From contig JAGGTD010000006.1 in the NCBI GenBank assembly GCA_021163925.1, positions 1 through 24,000 on the forward strand: 24,000 nt of DNA. Direction: 5' to 3'. Source of the stretch: Nitrososphaerota archaeon (GTDB lineage Archaea; Thermoproteota; Nitrososphaeria_A; Caldarchaeales; Wolframiiraptoraceae). How positions within the stretch are numbered: the stretch's first letter is position 1; each line of letters starts with the position of its first letter. This document shows, in pieces, positions 18,586-24,000 of the stretch. The notes under the pieces were generated by a model that saw only the letters and a list, made by a program, of their open reading frames with translations, was not told where the DNA came from and made no database searches. The position numbers and the translations under genes are program-made.

Positions 18586-19593
18586 ATGAAGCCAACCGTC
18601 TATGTAACGAGAAGAATTCCGGAAGTAGGGATCAAGCTCTTAGAAGAATACTGTGAAGTCAGGTATAGAGATGAGGTTCCGTCGCCTCCAAGAGATGAGT
18701 TGTTGAAGGCTGTGGAGGACGTTGACGCCATATTCTGCACCCTGAATGAGAGGATAGATAAAGAGCTCATCGATAGGGCGAAGAAGTTGAGGGTCGTTGG
18801 GACGATGAGCGTCGGATACGATCACATAGACTTGGAATATGCCACCTCAAAGGGGATCTACGTGGTTTACACTCCTGGAGTTCTGACGGAGACCGTGGCT
18901 GATCACGCTTGGGCTCTTCTGCTAGCGGCGGCCAGAAGGGTTGTGGAGGCGGATAATATGATAAGGAGTGGTGAGTGGACGATCCCATGGGCGCCGACCA
19001 TGATGTTGGGGCACGATGTCTATGGAAAAGTTCTGGGGATAATAGGTCTGGGGAGAATAGGCTATGCCGTTGCAAAGCGGGCGAAAGGTTTCAACATGCG
19101 AGTCCTATATTATGACGTTGTTAGGCGCGAGCAGGCCGAGAAAGAGCTTGGAGTCGAGTATGCATCGATAGAGAGAATTTTGAAGGAATCCGACTTCGTC
19201 TCGATACACGTTCCACTAACCCCGGAGACCAGGGGACTGATAGGCGAGAAGGAGCTTAGAATGATGAAGAAGACCGCGGTGCTGGTGAATACGGCTAGGG
19301 GGCCTGTGGTCGATCAGAAGGCTTTGGCAAAGGCTCTCGAGGAAGGATGGATCGCCGCCGCGGGATTGGATGTATTTGAGAAGGAGCCGATAGACCCCGA
19401 CGACCCGCTATTGAAGTTGAAGAACGTGGTCCTAACCCCGCATATAGCCAGCGCCTCACACGACACTAGAAATAAGATGGCCGAGCTAACCGCTGAGGGC
19501 ATAATTAAAGTCTTGAAAGGGGAAAGGCCGGACAACCTCTGCAATCCGGATGTGCTCAAGGTAAGACCGCTCGACCAAGTGAAGCTCATCTGA
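18586..19593 (+). CDS. D-2-hydroxyacid dehydrogenase, glyoxylate/hydroxypyruvate reductase-like (GyaR family)
   Basis: MKPTVYVTRRIPEVGIKLLEE start, VLGIIGLGRIGYAVAKRAKGF, VNTARGPVVDQKAL, DVFEKEPIDPDDPLLKLKNVVLTPHIASAS. The upstream GTG at about 18469 in the ORF track lacks homology-like sequence and is disfavoured. Confidence 0.93.
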   Translation: MKPTVYVTRRIPEVGIKLLEEYCEVRYRDEVPSPPRDELLKAVEDVDAIFCTLNERIDKELIDRAKKLRVVGTMSVGYDHIDLEYATSKGIYVVYTPGVLTETVADHAWALLLAAARRVVEADNMIRSGEWTIPWAPTMMLGHDVYGKVLGIIGLGRIGYAVAKRAKGFNMRVLYYDVVRREQAEKELGVEYASIERILKESDFVSIHVPLTPETRGLIGEKELRMMKKTAVLVNTARGPVVDQKALAKALEEGWIAAAGLDVFEKEPIDPDDPLLKLKNVVLTPHIASASHDTRNKMAELTAEGIIKVLKGERPDNLCNPDVLKVRPLDQVKLI

Positions 19594-19622
19594 CTCCGCA
19601 GATGAGCCTCTATCCTCGATTT

Positions 19623-20003
19623 TCATTCTTTTATAATCTCCACTTCCACTTCTTCTCCATCCTTAACCTTCCTCAGATCCTCAAGTCCTTCGGTGATCCT
19701 CCCTAAAGGCTTTACGGGACTATAAGCCACGGGCTTATCTCCCTTGCTGACCGGGGTTGGTCCGAAGAAGAGGCATAACGCATTTCCAGGTGGCCAGTAG
19801 GCTACTTCTCCAACCTCCATCTCTCTCCTCTCGCCGCTAAGGTTGAGCTTTATTGGAAGCTCAAAATAGATCTCATCCCCCCATCTCTCCGCCTCAGATT
19901 TGAACGGCGACTTCTCCGATAATCTTTCAAGCTCGGGATCATCCTCAAGTCTTGATGCGGCCTCAACTCCACCGCTAAACTTGAATCTAACGATGTATGG
20001 CAT
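19623..20003 (-). CDS. cyclophilin-like fold protein (TM1367/DUF369-like)
   Basis: MPYIVRFKFSGG, WGDEIYFELPIKL, MEVGEVAYWPPGNALCLFFGPTPVS, SPVKPLGRITEGLEDLRKVKDGEEVEVEI. Trimmed to an internal Met from the track start at 20069. Confidence 0.85.
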   Translation of the reverse strand: MPYIVRFKFSGGVEAASRLEDDPELERLSEKSPFKSEAERWGDEIYFELPIKLNLSGERREMEVGEVAYWPPGNALCLFFGPTPVSKGDKPVAYSPVKPLGRITEGLEDLRKVKDGEEVEVEIIKE

Positions 20004-20157
20004 AGTCTCTGCGCTAAGGAGGTTTTGACGGATTTTTAAATATTTCGTCCATCGTGCATGAAGCAGCAACGGCTCTCATTTCCCGATTTTACCTCAAGAT
20101 GAATTCATTAAAACTTTTTAGGACGGCGAACAGATAAAATTCGAGGTGTGATAAAGA

Positions 20158-21075
20158 ATGGAGGATTTGAGTAGATATGTAGAGCTAGGTATAGTGCATT
20201 TCATGGCGTTCCCTGAAACCATTAGGGGAGAGAAGGGGATATTGGAATCAATCAGGAAGATATTGCTCGACGACGACTTCAAGGTGATAGAGGTTACTTG
20301 GATCAAGGATCCGAAGGTTAGGAAGGAGGCAGCTGAACTATTTGATCAGTCGGGCATCAAGGTCCTTTACGCCGCCCAGCCAAGAGTACTTCTACAAGGA
20401 CTAAATCCCAACGCCCTTAATGAGGAGGAGAGGAAAAGGGCTGTTGAAGATCTGAAGAAGGGAATCGATGAGGCCATCGAGATAGGGGCTAAAGGCTTCG
20501 CATTCCTCGCCGGAAAGGATCCGGGTCCCGAGAAAAGATCTGAGGCGAAGAAACAGCTGATCAAAACCATAAGTGAACTTTGTGATTATGCCCGCTCAAG
20601 GGAGAAGGATCTCATGGTGGAGCTGGAGATCTTCGACCGAGAGATCGATAAGAGAGCGCTTATAGGCCCCTCTAAGGAAGCGGCTGAGATCGCTAAGATT
20701 GTCAGAAAAGAGCACTCGAATTTCGGCCTACTCCATGACCTAAGCCATCTACCCCTACTCGGAGAGTCTCCTAAAGAAGCCTTGGAACCTATCAAAAAGT
20801 ATCTAACTCATATCCACATAGGTAGCTGCGTACTCGACCCATCTCATGAAGCTTATGGAGATAAGCATCCAAGGTTTCAGCTCAAAGGTAGTGAGGTGGA
20901 TGTCTACGACCTACGAGACTTCCTAAAGACTCTATTCGACATAGGCTACCTAGGCGGAGAGCCGAAGGTAGTGAGCTTCGAAGTCTCCCCTAGACCTGGA
21001 GAAGACCCGGAGCTGGTCATCGCGAGCTCAAAGAGGTTCCTGTGGAGAGCGTGGTCGATGCTCGAGATACCATAG
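20158..21075 (+). CDS. sugar phosphate isomerase/epimerase family TIM-barrel protein
   Basis: VELGIVHFMAFPET, VELEIFDREIDKRALIGPSKEAAEIAKIV, FGLLHDLSHLPLLGE, YLTHIHIGSCVLDPSHEAYGDKHPRF. Confidence 0.85.
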   Translation: MEDLSRYVELGIVHFMAFPETIRGEKGILESIRKILLDDDFKVIEVTWIKDPKVRKEAAELFDQSGIKVLYAAQPRVLLQGLNPNALNEEERKRAVEDLKKGIDEAIEIGAKGFAFLAGKDPGPEKRSEAKKQLIKTISELCDYARSREKDLMVELEIFDREIDKRALIGPSKEAAEIAKIVRKEHSNFGLLHDLSHLPLLGESPKEALEPIKKYLTHIHIGSCVLDPSHEAYGDKHPRFQLKGSEVDVYDLRDFLKTLFDIGYLGGEPKVVSFEVSPRPGEDPELVIASSKRFLWRAWSMLEIP

Positions 21076-21230
21076 ATCCAAAAAAATATTTTTTTAATCT
21101 CTCAACAGCTTTTCACTCTCAAAATTTCGTCGCTATCCCTTAGAGATTATTTGGTAAACCGATCCTTTAAGAGGTCTGGGAGCCTGCCGGAAAAAACAGT
21201 TTTATAATCCCGATTATGTGAATAGGAATA

Positions 21231-21324
21231 GCCGGCGTAGCTCAGTCTGGGAGAGCGGCGGGCTGTTAAAGATCATAGACTTGCAGAGACCCGTCGGTCG
21301 GAGGTTCAAATCCTCCCGCCGGCG
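21231..21324 (+). tRNA. tRNA-Asn(GTT) with a ~20-nt intron in the anticodon loop
   Basis: GCCGGCG/CGCCGGC acceptor, GCTC/GAGC D stem, GCGGG-CTGTTA...A-CCCGT anticodon arm with inserted AAGATCATAGACTTGCAGAG (about 21269-21288), GGAGG-TTCAAAT-CCTCC T arm. Confidence 0.93.
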
Positions 21325-21417
21325 AACTTATATATGATGAGAGGTTGAGCTTATCCTCCCGCCAACCTATAGTAATACTTATTTATTTAAGGGTGAGATG
21401 TTTACAGTGTGGGATAG

Positions 21418-22235
21418 GTGATTAGGGTTTCTGTGGATGAGTTGAGGAGTGTTAAGCCCCTTATCTGCTATAATATGATCTTCGACCCAAATGCGAATTT
21501 TAAGACGATCTTGTTGAAGGATCTGATCTATAATCCTGATAATGTTGAGAGGATTCTTCGGGTGATTAGGAGTTGCGGTGGGAGGCTCAGATTAATGCCT
21601 CCATCGAATCCCTTGGGCCAAGTGGTTGACATGGCCTTTATCCTTGAATGTCCTGATGGGGTTGAGGAGGTTATCGCCAGAAAGATTGAGGAGCTTGGAG
21701 TGTGTAGGGAGGTTGAGATAATAGAGTCTCTGGATCGGAGGATTGCGATAAGCCCATTCTTCCCGATAATCTCTAGTGGTAGAAGGACGATAATAATGCC
21801 CGAGATACTTTATGCGAATCTGTTTGAGGGCATGAGGACGAGATTTAAGCCAGCATTGACCCAGATATTCCTTTATCAGCTCGGAATTCAGGTGGGAGCG
21901 AGCCTCGCCGAACTCCTGAAAGACATCCTAGAAAGGTATAGGGATGATCCGATCAACGCCTTGAGAATATTATTCCATTTTGGGAGAGCCTTCGGCTACA
22001 ATGTTCTAGACAGGCTTGAGATATTGGATGATAAGATAGTTTTAGAGGTTTTGGATGGATGGGAGGCCAAAGCGCTTAAGAAGAGATACACGTCTCCACA
22101 ATGCCATCTAACCAGAGGGATCATCGAGGGATTCCTGAATGAGGCGGGGGGGGGAAGTGGAATGTTGAGGAGACAGAGTGCATGGCCATGGGCTTTGAGC
22201 GCTGTAAATTCGTGATCTGGAGGAAGACCAAATAA
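21418..22235 (+). CDS. V4R (4-vinyl reductase) domain-like protein, interrupted by a frameshift at a 9-G run; track ORF ends at 22215
   Basis: MPEILYANLFEGMRTRFKPALTQIFLYQLGIQVGAS...FGYNVLDRLEI...SPQCHLTRGIIEGFLNEA. After the G run, another frame gives WNVEETECMAMGFERCKFVIWRKTK*, the expected V4R C-terminal Cys motif. Confidence 0.8.
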
Positions 22236-22311
22236 GCGTAAAAATGCGGAACGAGATACCGTCCGCGGCTGATCAAATACACTAAACCATCTCCTTGAGG
22301 TTTAAGGAGGA

Positions 22312-22396
22312 CGCGGCGGGCGGGATTTGAACCCGCGAGGCCCACTGGGCCACAGGCTTAGCAGGCCTGCCCCCTACCAGGCTAGGGAACCGCCGC
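22312..22396 (-). tRNA. tRNA-Ser(GCT)
   Basis: Minus strand GCGGCGG/CCGCCGC acceptor, anticodon loop CTGCTAA, long variable arm (GTGGCCCAGTGGGCCTC), GCGGG-TTCAAAT-CCCGC T arm. Confidence 0.94.
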
Positions 22397-22492
22397 CGAT
22401 CTTAGCATGTAATCTCTCATTTATAGCGTTTTTGCGGTAAATCTTTTTAGGCTGGCTGGATTCTCTCTCTAGTGGATTGGTGAAGGGAAGGA

Positions 22493-22759
22493 GTGTCTGA
22501 GGATCCTTCCTCCTTGTCGAGGGTCGTATTGGATATTCTAAAACCTCACATCCCATCCCTCGTCGAGTTCTGCAGAGAGATCTCAAAGGTTAAAGGGGTT
22601 AAAAAGGTGAATGGAATAGTTGTAGAGGTAGACGCCGAGACCGACAGCATCAAGCTCACGGTCGAAGGCAGGAACATAGACTTCGACGAACTCCAATCGG
22701 TCGTGAAGAAGCTTGGGGCGGCGATCCACAGCGTCGATGAGGTCTTGGTCGAGGGATGA
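22493..22759 (+). CDS. DUF211 family protein
   Basis: 88 aa; LSRVVLDILKPHIPSLVEFCREISKVKGVKKVNGIVVEVDAETDSIKLTVEGRNIDFDEL...VEEIGAAIHSVDEV-type sequence (here VKKLGAAIHSVDEVLV). Confidence 0.88.
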   Translation: MSEDPSSLSRVVLDILKPHIPSLVEFCREISKVKGVKKVNGIVVEVDAETDSIKLTVEGRNIDFDELQSVVKKLGAAIHSVDEVLVEG

Positions 22760-23343
22760 AGATGTTTAAGAGGCTTAAGCGAATCTTAAGATACTCAGAG
22801 TCCGCGGAATACCCTAGAAGATACGCCGTCATGAACGCATTCGACGGCGTAATAACGATCCTTGGGATAATCTTGGGATCAAAGCTGCTCGGATCCGCTG
22901 AAGCCGGGCAGATAGTTGCGGCGAGCGTGGGCGCATTGATAGCGATGGGGGTCTCAGGGGCTAGCGGCACCTATATAACGGAGATGGCTGAGCAGGAGAG
23001 AAAGATCAAGGAGCTTCAAGACGCCATGCTAACGAATCTTGAGGGAACAATCCTCGTTAAGGCTCATAGAGAGGCCGCCGTGATCTCAGCTCTAGTGGAT
23101 TCAGCCGCAGCCATCTCCGCCGGGCTTCTAGCGGTTACGCCGTATTTCTTAACCGTGGCCGGATACATATCCGAGATCGCCGCATTCTATTCATCCTTGA
23201 TAATCTCCCTCTCCCTACTATTCGCCCTCGGAGTATTCCTTGGAAAGGTTGCGGGCAGAAGCTTACTGTTCTCTGGGCTCAAGGCGCTTGGAATAGGATG
23301 CCTCACCCTCCTCTTCCTACTACTCCTGAACCTAATTCTTTAA
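22756..23343 (+). CDS. VIT1/CCC1 transporter family membrane protein
   Basis: YAVMNAFDGVITILGIILGSKLLGSAEAGQIVAASVGALIAMGVSGASGTYITEMAEQERKIKELQ; multi-pass. Confidence 0.88.
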   Translation: MKMFKRLKRILRYSESAEYPRRYAVMNAFDGVITILGIILGSKLLGSAEAGQIVAASVGALIAMGVSGASGTYITEMAEQERKIKELQDAMLTNLEGTILVKAHREAAVISALVDSAAAISAGLLAVTPYFLTVAGYISEIAAFYSSLIISLSLLFALGVFLGKVAGRSLLFSGLKALGIGCLTLLFLLLLNLIL

Positions 23344-24000
23344 GCTCTTCAGGCTTGTAGACTCCTCGCTCCGTTATTATTCCAGAGACGAGTTCAGGCG
23401 GCGTTATGTCGAATGCAGGATTCCAGACCTCCGCACCCCTAGGCGCTATCCTCTCCCTCCCAACATAGAGGACTTCGCGTGGATCCCTCTCCTCGATCAC
23501 GATCTCGTCGAGGCTGTGTTCAAAGTCTATGCTTGAGAATGGTGCAGCGCTATAGAAGGGTATGTTGTAGAATTTTGCCGCGATCGCGTGGCTCAGGGTT
23601 CCGATCTTATTTATCACATGACCGGTCTTCGCGATTATCCTATCCGCTCCAACTATCACCTTATCAACCCCGCCGCGCTGCATCAGGAACGCCGCCATGT
23701 TATCGGTTATCAGCTTAACCTTTATCCCATCCCTCATGAGCTCCCAGACCGTTAACCTCGCTCCTTGAAGTCTAGGCCTAGTTTCGCAGGCGTAAACCAT
23801 CACATCCTTCCCCTGCTCAACCGCCGACCTAATCACCCCTAGAACAGTTCCATATCCAACCGTCGCCAATGCCCCGGCATTACAATGGGTCAGAATCCTA
23901 TCTCCATCCTTGATGAGCTCCGCCCCAATCCTCCCAAGCCTCTTATTCGTCTCGACATCCTCCTCAGCCATCTTCAAGGCCTCGTTAACCACGTTCCTCC
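23303..24000 (-). CDS. mtnA: S-methyl-5-thioribose-1-phosphate isomerase / eIF2B-like family, 5' part beyond the window
   Basis: THCNAGALATVGYGTVLGVIRSA, VYACETRPRLQGARLTVWEL, VDKVIVGADRII, IAPRGAEVWNPAFDITPPELVSGIITERGVYKPEEL. Confidence 0.9.
   Translation of the reverse strand, partial: RNVVNEALKMAEEDVETNKRLGRIGAELIKDGDRILTHCNAGALATVGYGTVLGVIRSAVEQGKDVMVYACETRPRLQGARLTVWELMRDGIKVKLITDNMAAFLMQRGGVDKVIVGADRIIAKTGHVINKIGTLSHAIAAKFYNIPFYSAAPFSSIDFEHSLDEIVIEERDPREVLYVGRERIAPRGAEVWNPAFDITPPELVSGIITERGVYKPEELKELGSGVVGRGG

Noticed and set aside
23479-23718. Plus-strand ORF opposite mtnA
   Set aside because: Arg/Ser-rich shadow of a well supported coding region.

Overview
This 24 kb archaeal-type window (tRNA genes with archaeal features, leaderless TATA-type promoters, archaeal gene families) has three parts. 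(1) The left edge holds a broken LAGLIDADG homing endonuclease gene on the minus strand. It is split by two one-base frameshifts in G runs and sits next to a tRNA 3'-end fragment. (2) Housekeeping genes include argH, a CPBP protease, tRNA-Ile, tRNA-Asn with a ~20-nt intron, tRNA-Ser, a V4R-domain protein with a frameshift in a 9-G run, DUF211, a VIT/CCC1 transporter and mtnA. A putative peptide-modifying radical SAM protein and a glycerophosphodiester phosphodiesterase are also present. (3) The centre (about 5.5-21.1 kb) is a carbohydrate catabolism locus: ABC transporter (Tat-signal binding protein, two permeases, MalK-type ATPase), Gfo/Idh/MocA dehydrogenase, zinc MDR dehydrogenase, divergent creatininase-like protein, two TIM-barrel isomerase/epimerases, a 709-aa transaldolase-like protein, a UxaE-like tagaturonate epimerase, a GyaR-like 2-hydroxyacid dehydrogenase and a small cyclophilin-fold protein. 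The first catabolic genes resemble the enzyme set of the Thermotoga maritima inositol pathway. The second half suggests an untested route: tagaturonate to fructuronate, transaldolase-type cleavage, then a C3 sugar acid reduced to glycerate. That proposed route is the best candidate for a previously undescribed system here. All product calls are from motif recognition by eye; no searches were run.
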